This document shows positions 1 to 10,800 of a DNA stretch of 64,000 bases, one piece after another; position 1 is the stretch's first letter, and each line of letters opens with the position of its first letter. Position numbers and translations under genes: made by a program. Source of the stretch: Nemertoderma westbladi (lineage: Eukaryota > Animalia > Xenacoelomorpha); assembly GCA_032718475.1 (NCBI GenBank), contig JAUCBJ010006822.1:1-64000 (forward strand). The letters are read 5' to 3'. Under the pieces are notes generated by a model, which saw only the letters and a program-made list of their open reading frames with translations, searched no databases and was not told where the DNA came from.

Positions 1-1031
1 TTTATTATATTCCTATAAACCACCTGGCTTTGCATATTTAACGTGCGATTGGAAATAAGTTCGTGCTACCCTTCCGTGGGTGGTAGATGTCGCGGTTATG
101 TATTGGTGGTTGGGAAGGGTGGGGGGGGGGGGGGGGGGGGGATTAAAAGGGGTGAACACGTACTGTCCACCTTTCTTTGATTGATTGGTGGTGTGGGTAA
201 ATTTCTCAAAACCTGATTTTGTGATACAGTCGCTGCATTTTAATTTGTATATAATAACTAGGCCTCGTGCTGCGCGAAGTCCCCACGAACGTGTAATCTC
301 TGCATGATTCAATGTCGACAAACTCGGCGCGTTCATATTTACCATACAGATACCGCTTGATTTGGTTTAATAGTGCCTTTTTTAAGACTTCCATTCGTTC
401 CACTTTCGTTTCTATTATAGCGTTTCTCATGAAGCTAAGGATACATAAGACGTTAGGACCACTTAGGGAGACCTCTAGTATTCACTCCATTGTTGGTGTT
501 TTATTCGGTGTTGTTGGTTAATTTCCAGGTGGATTTTGTGGCTTTAAAAGGCTTCATACGCCGCAGTGGCGAAGTTGGTAGAGCGTGGGACTTGGAATAT
601 CTAGGTACAGAGTTCAGTACCACTTTCCCGGTGAACCATAGTTTGGTTTTGGTTCAATGCGTTAGTTTATGTGGACCTTTGCGCGATTTCACCCTTTTTG
701 TTCTAATCTAAATGCAGTTGATAATGGTATTACATTTAGTTGATTTTAATATAGGCCTGCCTATATTACTATATTACAAATTGCGACATAGGCCTATTAC
801 TTATGTAAGTGTTTTCATTTTGGCACTGGTACATTATTTATTTGTTGAAAAAAATCATGGGTTCACAATCGGGAGAGACATTCCCAGAAAACTCGATAAA
901 AAAAATGGAAAAAAATGGAAGGTACTCACTTCGTAAACGGAATGACTTGAGAAATGCAAGCGTCTTCTGATTCGGCTTTGGTTGATACCTCATCTATCAC
1001 TGAGAGCAACTCAATAGTCTAAAATAATCAT

Positions 1032-1994
1032 GTACATATGCGTTAGTATGTAGTGTACAGTACATATGCGTTAGTATGTAGTGTACAGTACATATGCGTT
1101 AGTATGTAGTGTACAGTACATATGCGTTAGTATGTAGTGTACAGTACATATGCGTTAGTATGTAGTGTACAGTACATATGCGTTAGTATGTAGTGTACAG
1201 TACATATGCGTTAGTATGTAGTGTACAGTACATATGCGTTAGTATGTAGTGTACAGTACATATGCGTTAGTATGTAGTGTACAGTACATATGCGTTAGTA
1301 TGTAGTGTACAGTACAATATGCGTTAGTATGTAGTGTACAGTACATATGCGTTAGTATGTAGTGTACAGTACATATGCGTTAGTATGTAGTGTACAGTAC
1401 ATATGCGTTAGTATGTAGTGTACAGTACATATGCGTTAGTATGTAGTGTACAGTACATATGCGTTAGTATGTAGTGTACAGTACATATGCGTTAGTATGT
1501 AGTGTACAGTACATATGCGTTAGTATGTAGTGTACAGTACATATGCGTTAGTATGTAGTGTACAGTACATATGCGTTAGTATGTAGTGTACAGTACATAT
1601 GCGTTAGTATGTAGTGTACAGTACATATGCGTTAGTATGTAGTGTACAGTACATATGCGTTAGTATGTAGTGTACAGTACATATGCGTTAGTATGTAGTG
1701 TACAGTACATATGCGTTAGTATGTAGTGTACAGTACATATGCGTTAGTATGTAGTGTACAGTACATATGCGTTAGTATGTAGTGTACAGTACATATGCGT
1801 TAGTATGTAGTGTACAGTACATATGCGTTAGTATGTAGTGTACAGTACATATGCGTTAGTATGTAGTGTACAGTACATATGCGTTAGTATGTAGTGTACA
1901 GTACATATGCGTTAGTATGTAGTGTACAGTACATATGCGTTAGTATGTAGTGTACAGTACATATGCGTTAGTATGTAGTGTACAGTACAATATG
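1032..1994. repeat. 28-bp tandem minisatellite (TACATATGCGTTAGTATGTAGTGTACAG), about 34 near-identical copies
   Basis: Unit recurs every 28 nt (1061, 1089 ... 1201); the only variant seen is a 1-nt insertion near 1316 and in the last partial unit. Confidence 0.98.
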
Positions 1995-2338
1995 TACACA
2001 ATAGTTAATAAATACTAGACCTATTCTGATTCCGAAAGAAAAATTTAATATCGACATGCATGTCGTAATAAACCTCTTAAACAGATATTTGAAGAACAAT
2101 GGAACAATGGAACAATGGAACAATATTCAAAATGCAATACTAATTTTAATTAAACTGAAACTGATAAATATTTTAATTACACTTGTACATTATTAATTTG
2201 TAATGATTTGGAAATCAATGCTAAATTAAAAGAAAATATCTATGTAGTTCAAACATAGGAGAAACAGCACAAACATATTAACATATTTATTTGTCTGACT
2301 ACAGTAAATTTAATTAATTTAATATTTAGTAGGCCAAT

Positions 2339-3784
2339 TTAAATAAATAAACCAACCTCCACTATTCTATCCTTATTGGTTGAACTCATCCAGGTGGGGA
2401 TATCTTGGCCAACTGATACCAGTACGTGTTGAATGGCCTGCCATAGCTGGTTGACTCGATTTAGCATTAGGAAAACGCGGCTCCATCTTGTCTTGGATGG
2501 TAATGTTAACGTAAGTTGAGATTTGTCATGTGATTGAGCCTCCAGTAATAGGGAGTGGGCACGGCTTGATTTTTTGAAATAAAGCACCGTTTTCCTTACC
2601 TCCTCTATCAATGTTGTAAGGTTACAATCTGCTTCCAGTGCGGCTCCACTACTAGATTTAATAAATGGTTAAAACACCCTCTAGATTTAAAATTGGCATC
2701 TGTAAGTCCTTTGATGATATTTTTCGACCAGAAAATGGTTCACATTGAAGTATTACGGCGGTACGCTTCCACTCGTTGTCGACGTAATGGATGGTTAGAG
2801 AGATAAAACCCTCCATTTTCCTCGAAGTCCACATATCAGTGGATGGTGAACAATATTCGAATGAGTTTATTATTGCTTCTTTAATTGCACTCTTAGTTCT
2901 CCCGTATATATCGGGCATGAGGACTGTACGGACAATTTTTTCTGACGGAATGATGAATCTAGGATTAAGTTCTGCAATAAAATATTTAATTGTTCTGTTT
3001 CGACAGTAGTGTAGGGTTGTAAGTCACTTATATGCCAAGAAGTTAGTTTAGATTTTAGTATAACATCTTTATTGCTTCCCTACAGACAGAGCATAGCAGG
3101 CACATTATGTATTGCAATAAATTTATTGATAGCCAATATTTTGAAATATTTTAACATTTCTATCTCGACACAAAATTCTGATATGGTACTGAGCTTTATT
3201 TATTGAGTCATTTTTTTCGCTTGCGGTTAATTTGTTTTACTATCTGTCTTTATTATATGACTTTATTACATATACTGTACTTACATATATCACATTACAA
3301 AACAATTATAATTGTATAAATGTACTATCGTTTCATTTTTTTGTTAGTCTTTATAATACTTTGGCCATGCATACACCATGCCATCTGAATTTTACGTGTA
3401 GAAACGGTACAGGTGTCCGGTACCAGCTCTGGTTTATTACAATGAAATGTGCTGCGCTGCCCTACCTTTATATATGGCGGTTGCCTTACGAACTGGTCTA
3501 TCATGGACTGAATAGGTTTTTTTGATTCATTGGCTGGAGCTGTCAGTAGTAGTGGTAGTTGTAGGTCTATTAACTGAGTATATGGAGGAAGTTGAAGTTT
3601 TATCAGTGGGAGTGGATGTAGATGTTCGTTTCGGAAGTGTTCGATGGGCATTGGGGTGGTGTAATTTTATATGTTGAAACATTGACCCTGTCCCAAAAGT
3701 TCGTTTGTCAGAACTCTGTTTTCCGCGACTCACCTCTGCTCCACAGTTATCAATAATACCGTTATCGGGGGTGAAGTGAAACAT
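2339..3784 (-). pseudogene. Decayed hAT-family (ZBED-like) transposase
   Basis: Collinear fragments: BED-finger remnant (C..EVSRG..GTGSMFQHIKLHHP, 3527-3784), catalytic block STDMWTS..FISLTIHYVDNEW (2658-2918), and LPSKTRWSRVFLMLNRV (2339-2611). Broken by stops and frameshifts. Confidence 0.85.
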
Positions 3785-4123
3785 GCATGGTGGAGTAATA
3801 ATTATTAGTAATGGAGTAATAAGTTAGTGGAGTAATAAAATAATTTTTTGTTTTGGTAATTGATTATAAAAATACTCCCATCAGCATCCCTCATTAAATT
3901 GATTATTACCAATAATAAAGTAACTATCAACGTAATATTTAATCAGGAAAGGGGATTCACCTGCTAGAATTACATGGAAACAATATATAGTATGAAAACT
4001 ATATGCAAGTTAAAATTTTTAAAATTGTAGTTCTGAAAATTACATCTGGTATAACCAAATATGACAATGCTTTGTATTTTTACTTGATCATATGTTATAC
4101 TGCTTTGATTTTTACATAGCTGA

Positions 4124-4304
4124 AACTTGTTGCTGGACCCCCTCACACACAGAACTTGTTGCTGCAACTTGTTTCCGAAACTTGTTTCTGTGTGTGAGGA
4201 CTCCAGCAACAAGTTTCTGCAACTTGTTTCCGAAACTTATTCTGTGTGTGAGGGGGTCCAGCAACAAGTTGCAGAAACAAGTTGCTCCGTTTGAGGGGCG
4301 CCTA
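4124..4304. mobile_element. Palindromic MITE remnant, possibly the right end of a PIF/Harbinger-type element
   Basis: Perfect 31-bp inverted repeat 4124-4154 / 4240-4270, internal repeats of GCAACTTGTTTCCGAAACTT, ending GAGGGGCGCCTAA. Superfamily is inferred. Confidence 0.55.
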
Positions 4305-4769
4305 AGTGGGAACCTTTAATTACCAAATAAAATCTATTAAAACGTATGTTTTCTAAAATGAGTTCAAGTGAAACAGAAAAAGGGGTGAAGTGGAACATTA
4401 CATCATTGTCAATTATCCTTTGGTGTATTTACTGTATTTATTCTCATGTAACGGTAGCATGAATGAATGCCTTGGTTTGCCACACAGGTATGCTTTAGTT
4501 CAGGACTAGAATGGGCTTCTAATTTTGCTATATTTGATAATTTGGACCTTGTATAAACAACAAGACTCAAACTGCAGGTATCTGGTATATATCTTTGAAT
4601 TGTAGCCTATTCCATCCAAGCATGGTCAGATTTTACAAGCACATGCCTGGTGCTGGTACCAAGACTTTTCCTAATTACCATGATCAAGATGTTGAGAGGG
4701 CTGTACTCGAGCCAAGTTGGCTAGGAAGACATATCAGGAGATAGAGCAGGAGTTCTATATATTTATTAA

Positions 4770-5005
4770 AAAAGCAAAGGAAACAGTCGGCCGAAGCCGG
4801 AGGCGACCCGAAGGCTCCTCTTTCGATAGCTGCTACCCGAGGGTAGGGGTGGGCGCTACTCCTATCCCAAGATTTGCTCCCAGTTATTTAACTCGTACTC
4901 ATTTCATCGACCCCAGTGGATGAAAGGCTGAGTGGACCCTGGCGGGGCTGAACCTACAACCAATAGATTGCAGGCCCGGCGCTCAACCAACTGAGCTACC
5001 CCGCC
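4770..5005 (-). mobile_element. tRNA-derived SINE with Deu/Nin-type central domain
   Basis: Minus strand starts GGCGGGGTAGCTCAGTTGGTTGAGCG (A box), has a degenerate B box GGTTCAGCCC, then CACTCAGCCTTTCATCC..GGGGTCGATGAAATGAGTAC. Flanked by TSD (C)TATATATTTATTAA at 4755-4769 and 5005-5019. Confidence 0.88.
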
Positions 5006-5345
5006 TATATATTTATTAATGCTATTTATATGCTTTTACGTATGTTACCTTTACTTTTAGTAAATTTTGCAATGTCATTTACTCTATGCAATAATGTCCC
5101 ATATGCAATAAACATGTTTACAACCAGTTGGCCCGGTATGGTTATCATTTTAACAGTGTCAATAGTTAGTGTTTACTATAAACAGGGCCTGCTGGCCAGT
5201 AGTATGAAATATTGAAGTTAAATAGAGTAAACTCTATAGGTTTTGTTAATTTATAATAATAAATTAATTAATAATGTTAAATTAGTAAATGTTAAGTTTC
5301 AAAATAAAATTTTAACAATAAAACAACATATTATATTGTGTATAA

Positions 5346-7109
5346 GGAGCCTCTCTCCGACTTGAGCCTCTCTCCGACTCAGTTGTATTCGAAACAATAC
5401 AATCCTCAGCAAACAATAAAGCCTCTGGGCCCGACAACATCTACTACGAACATCTAAAACAAGCCTGTCCGTTCATTCTGGTAACTCTAACTTTGCTCTA
5501 CAACGTATGTCTCAATGTTGGCAAGCTTCCTTTCATCTGGAAGAACAGCATTATAAACATCCTGTATAAAGGTAAAGGTGCAATATCGAACCCGGACAAC
5601 TACCGTGGCATCGCCCTTCTCTGCGTTACCCTTAAAATACTAACATCGACTTTAAACAAACGTATTCGTCAACATGTTGGCCAACTGATCCCACCCGAAC
5701 AATACGGATTCCTCCCCGGTCGCTCTACGAATCAAGCTATATCAAAACTCCTCTGCGATATAGCATCAGCGTTCCGCTCGAGTCGCCGCAAAGAACGGAT
5801 CGTCTACGCGGCATTCGTCGACTTCCGAAAGGCATTCGACTTTGTAAGCCGTGCCAAGCTACTCCATAAAATATATGCCCTCGGTATCAAAGGAAAGACA
5901 TACGATCTCGTAAAGGAACTACTAGATAATTACATCCGGGTTTATGATGGCCTACGTTTCTCGAATATAATCCACCAACTCCGCGGTGTCCTTCAAGGGG
6001 ACTGCCTCTCTCCGACTCTTTTCATCATCTTCATTGCGGATCTGGCGTCAGCCCTCCGTAACTCTGTGGCTCTCCTTAAATTTATATTCTACGCAGACGA
6101 CCTAGTGTTCTACTCCTGCAACAAACGCGAAATCCAATCTGCGCTTGACGTCCTCCAAACCTGGTGTGTCGCTAATGGGATGGAGGTGAACCTCACCAAA
6201 ACAAAAATTGTAAAATTCCGCAAAGGCGGCCGCATTGCACGCAGCGACCACTTCACTTACAACAACCGCGAAGTTCAACTCGCCAGCCATTACGAATATC
6301 TCGGAGTCACCTTCCAGTCCTCACTATCCTTCTCTCTCCACCTCAAACAGAAAAAAGAAAAAGCTTATTGCATCATCGGTTCCCTTAAACACATCCACCT
6401 CTTGTCTGTAGAAACTGGAATTAAAATTTTCAACTCAAAAATATCTCCAATGATGACATACGCACTACAAATAATCTCACCACATCTCTCCCTGCAAAAT
6501 GTGAAAGATATCGACAAAGTAAAAACAACCCACGTAAAACGAATGCTTCGACTACACAGCTCTGCTTCCTCGACTCTTGTATTAAAATTGGCAGGGGAAA
6601 AATCATTCATCGAAGCCCTCCTAGAGACCTCCCTGTATGCGTTTAACCCAGAAGTTATCCGAAACTACCGGTCGTACCGCTCCGAACGCGAGGAGAATTT
6701 TGTTAACGAGGGATACTCCCGCGGTCCAGCATTCCAAACCTCGGTTTGGAAGACTCATGGCCAGACTAACAGGCATGTTGTCTCCCGGACGACAGCCCAC
6801 GGATTCCACTTTAAAGTCTGCAACAACTCCGTTCCCTTCCATGCCTTAACCCCGGAATGCCATTGCAAGTTCTGCAAACTCTCCTGCAGTGACCGCTACC
6901 ACATACTTTCCTGCAACCTCTGCCCGCCGCTGTCGGTACTCGCCGCAAACTAACCACAACGCCCGACCCCCCCCCCCCCCCCCCCCCCACTCCCCTCGCA
7001 TATTACTGTACTTTTATATACTGTACTGTATTGGTATATGTTTTTCTCCTATTGGCTGATTGGTATACTGTATCTCATATTTACCCCGCCCGGGGTGTAT
7101 ATATTAATA
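5346..7109 (+). mobile_element. 5'-truncated non-LTR retrotransposon (LINE) with 14-bp TSD
   Basis: TSD TATATTGTGTATAA at 5332-5345 and 7110-7123; contains an RT frame and a short 3' UTR with poly-C and a CCCCG..CGGGG hairpin. Confidence 0.92.
5493..6953 (+). CDS. LINE ORF2 reverse transcriptase, N-terminally truncated, with Cys/His-rich C-terminus
   Basis: Motifs NYRGIALL, FVDFRKAFD, GVLQGDCLSPTLF, FYADD, YEYLG. The frame stays open upstream (NNKASGPDNI) to about 5380, so the start and endonuclease domain are missing. Confidence 0.93.
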   Translation: MLYNVCLNVGKLPFIWKNSIINILYKGKGAISNPDNYRGIALLCVTLKILTSTLNKRIRQHVGQLIPPEQYGFLPGRSTNQAISKLLCDIASAFRSSRRKERIVYAAFVDFRKAFDFVSRAKLLHKIYALGIKGKTYDLVKELLDNYIRVYDGLRFSNIIHQLRGVLQGDCLSPTLFIIFIADLASALRNSVALLKFIFYADDLVFYSCNKREIQSALDVLQTWCVANGMEVNLTKTKIVKFRKGGRIARSDHFTYNNREVQLASHYEYLGVTFQSSLSFSLHLKQKKEKAYCIIGSLKHIHLLSVETGIKIFNSKISPMMTYALQIISPHLSLQNVKDIDKVKTTHVKRMLRLHSSASSTLVLKLAGEKSFIEALLETSLYAFNPEVIRNYRSYRSEREENFVNEGYSRGPAFQTSVWKTHGQTNRHVVSRTTAHGFHFKVCNNSVPFHALTPECHCKFCKLSCSDRYHILSCNLCPPLSVLAAN

Positions 7110-7255
7110 TATATTGTGTATAAAGTAAAGTTCCTTTATCTGACTTCGGGTCCTAATTTCAATATTTCACTAACTCGCTTCGCTCGTTCGTTTAAATATT
7201 CACACTCTGGACTGATGTGAGATAAAGTCCTACTTTTACACAATACAATAAATAG
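7110..7255. mobile_element. Short MITE-like element whose left TIR was the LINE target
   Basis: TATTGTGTATAAAGTAAAGTTCCTTTATCTGAC is an imperfect inverted repeat of GTGAGATAAAGTCCTACTTTTACACAATA (about 7217-7245); central CTCGCTTCGCTCG motif. Confidence 0.5.
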
Positions 7256-7503
7256 TTAAAACTATAGATATAGACTATGCAATGTACTAAACATGGTCAT
7301 TTATTTGTAGTTAGAACTCATCTCATATCCGTATCGTTGCACTCAGCCTGCACACCACACCTGTTCACCAAAATATATAACTTACAACCTTCCTTAGCTG
7401 GTACCGATCAAAATGTGGTATTGTTCAATGCGCTAAAGTTCTCCGTTAAAACTGTCCTGGTAGTTTAAAAACCGGTCTTTGCAAGCTGAGTCCGAATTTC
7501 TAG

Positions 7504-8970
7504 TTAGGAACCGAGAGGTTCATTACTGTAAGAATTGTTAGCTGACTGGCTGACTGGCTGGCTGACTGGCTGGCTGATCTACAGCCAAAACTACTCTAAC
7601 GATTTTGATGAAATTTTCACAGCATCTAGATACCGCGATTCTAAGGTCCCTGGTATGTTCCGCTATTTCGTCCATGAGCCGTGGGCTCGAAAAATGGACA
7701 TAAACGAAAAAACGCCATATGCGCAATGGTAAAATAACACCAATAACAGCTGGTGTCGTGATGAAAAATGGCTTATGTAATGGATTTCTACACAAGGCTT
7801 AGTATAAATCGATGAGGTTGCCAAGATTATTGTACTTAGTACACCCATACTGTTTGTTTAGGCCCTGCACTCTCTGTCAAAGCAAATATTAACTGGTTGA
7901 TTTAGTTTGTGGTTCTACACAAGCTTAGTATAAATCGATGAGGCTGCCAACTGGTTGGTTTAGTTTGCAATCTATTACCGCCTCAGCTGAATAACTCTTC
8001 CCCCTGCTGAATGACTATTAGGTATACCGTGTATCGGCTTCTCCCCTTCAGAACATTGTAAAGGGAATTTACTTTAGTTTACTCTACTGTGCCATTCAGC
8101 TGAATGGATTTGAGCGATTGCCAAGTACAGAGTTGGATCATTCTCTGACCATAGGCAAAGACATCAAATCTTTTTAAAAATATACTTTTTCCATGTTTTT
8201 TTTTCTGAACAAAAATTTCAAAAAAAATTTTTCGTAGCCAGTACTGCCAATCGATTCGCCATCAAAAATAACGCAAAAAATTTTTTTTGCAAAATTTTAA
8301 ATTACTGTAAATTTTTGGCGACTGGGGGGGGGGTCAATTTTTTTCGATCCGCTATAACTCCGGAACGCTTTGTCCAAATTCGATGGGGTTTTCATTTTTC
8401 AACTTAATTCGATGTCCTCTTTCAGCCTATCCATGTTTCGAAACCCCCAAACAGCGCCGTTCAAAAATTATTTTTTTCTAGTTCTAGAATTTTACAAATT
8501 TCAAAAAAGTTGCAGTATTTTATTAACGCCTTTACGGAATTCGATAGCGTTTTCGATTTTTATATTAAACGCAATATCCTGAATCTCACTAGCCTAGTTT
8601 CGCGTCACCAATGCCAAGATTTCATACTTTTGAAGAAAATTTTTCTAGAATAATTTTTATTTAATTACATTTATCGCGATTTCTTATTACTGATTGCACA
8701 TGAATTGATGGAGTTTTCAATTAATTAACTAAACACGATATCGCGCATCGCACCAGCGTGGTTTCGAAATTCCAAAACGAGGTCTTCACTAGTTGCAGGT
8801 CGATTTTGTTCTTGAATTGAGCATCTAATAATAGATCGAATTTATTAATAATTATTGTATGAAATATGATTGTATTTTTAGATAATTATTAGTTCTATAC
8901 TAATTCTCGTTGTCTCTTTTATTTAAAATAAAAAGTCGGTTCCTTATCGGGCCGCTAGGCCCGTCACTAG
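7504..8970 (+). mobile_element. Unit 1, type A (A key, A/T-tract body)
   Basis: 5' TTAGGAACCGAGAGGTTC ... 3' TCGGTTCCTTATCGGGCCGCTAGGCCCGTCACTAG. Confidence 0.9.
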
Positions 8971-10466
8971 TTAGCAAGTCGTTAGACTTGATTACTGTAA
9001 GAATTGTTGACTGACTGACTGGCTGGCTGGCTGGCTGACTGGCTGGCTGATCTACAGCCAAAACTACTCTAACGATTTTGATGAAATTTTCACAGCATCT
9101 AGATACCGCGATTCTAAGGTCCCTGGCATGATCGGCTACTCCGTCCATAGCCTCTGGGCTCGAAAAATAGAGATAAACGAAAAAACGCCATAGGCGCAAT
9201 GGTAAAATAACACCAATGACAGCTGGTGTCCTGATGAAAAATGGCTTATGTAATGCATTTCTACACAAGGCTTAGTAATAAATCGATGAGGTTGCCAAGA
9301 TTATTATACTTAGTACACCCATACTGTTTGTTTAGGCCCTAGGACACTCTGTCAAAGCAAATATTAACTGGTTGATTTAGTTTGTGGTTCTACACAGGCT
9401 TAGTATAAATCGGTGAGGCTGCCAACTGGTTGGTTTAGTTTGCAATCTATTACCGCCTCAGCTGAATAACTCTTCCCCCTGCTGAATGACTGTTAGGTAC
9501 AGGTTATTGGCTACATTAATGCCAACATTAATACAGTGGAAGCTGTATGCTTATAAGGTGGAATGTTTACTCAGCCTTATACTGATACTCTGTAAGGTTA
9601 AGACTAACATTATAGTTTGAAATATAAAAATCACTTATTATTATCTGTATTGGGTTAATAATCACTGTGGCATTCAAAATGTTTTATAGGTGATTGACAT
9701 TTAGTGCAAGCTGAATGACTGTTAGTTACAGAGTACTACAGTACTGCACTCTTATTTTATTTTTAAATCTTTCGTCCAACATTAATACTTTGGAGGTTGT
9801 ATGCTTATAAGGCGAATGTTTACTCAGCTTCATACTGATACACTGTAAGGCTAACACTAACGTTATAGTTTAACACATAAAAATCACTGCTTATTATCTG
9901 TATCAGGTTACATACTGTGGCATTCAAAATGTTTAAATGTTTTATAGGTGATTGATATTTAGTGCAAGCTGAATGACTGTAGGTTACAGAGTACTATTGC
10001 ACTGTATTTTATTTTTAAATCTTTTGGCCAACATTAATACTGTGGAGGCTGTATGCTTATAAGGCGGAATGTTTACTCAGCCTCATACTGATACTCTGTA
10101 AGGCTTACACTAACATTATTGTTTGAAATATAAAAATAACTGCTTATTATCTGTATTGGGTTAATCACTGTGGCATTCAAAATGTTTTGTTAGGTGAATG
10201 ACATTTAGTGGCTAAGATTATTCTCTGTCAGATTCCCTTCACACCATAGGCAAACATTGTTGAGGCTGAGGGAATTTACTTTAGTTTACTCTACTGAGTC
10301 ATTCAGCTGAATGGATTTGAGCAATTGCCAAATTACAGAGTGGGATCTCTCTCTGACCATAGATAAATAACACTTCCCTTCTGAACAAAGGTAAACATTG
10401 TTGAGGGAACTTACCTTTGATTGACGACTTCCGACTTGCTTAACGGCGTCTTGACGCCGTCTCTAG
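8971..10466 (+). mobile_element. Unit 2, type B-long (1496 bp, three internal repeats of about 250 bp)
   Basis: 5' TTAGCAAGTCGTTAGACTTG ... 3' CGACTTGCTTAACGGCGTCTTGACGCCGTCTCTAG; internal repeats start near 9523, 9776 and 10028. Confidence 0.9.
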
Positions 10467-10800
10467 TTAGCAAGTCGTAGGACTTGATTACTGTAAGAAT
10501 TGTTGGCTGATTGACTGGCTGGCTGGCTGGCTGACTGGCTGGCTGGCTGGCTGGCTGATCTACAGCCAAAACTACTCTAACGATTTTGATGAAATTTTCA
10601 CAGCGGCTAGATACCGCGATTCTAAGGTCCCTGGTATGTTCCGCTATTTCGTCCATGAGCCGTGGGCTCGAAAAATAGACATAAACGAAAAAACGCCATA
10701 GGCGCAATGGTAAAATAACACCAATGACAGCTTGTTGATGGAATTTACATTTGATTGATGACTTCCGACTTTCTTAACGGCGTCTTGACGCCGTCTCTAG
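10467..10800 (+). mobile_element. Unit 3, type B-short (334 bp)
   Basis: B ends joined to the core only. Confidence 0.9.

Noticed and set aside
1-600. Possible minus-strand coding remnant (retroelement 3' end) with poly-G
   Set aside because: No diagnostic motif recognised; cannot be assigned.
1032-1994. CRISPR-like array (28-bp repeat with hairpin)
   Set aside because: No spacers, no cas genes, eukaryotic TE context.
4935-5005. Functional tRNA gene
   Set aside because: Degenerate T arm and acceptor stem, fused to a SINE body and flanked by a TSD.
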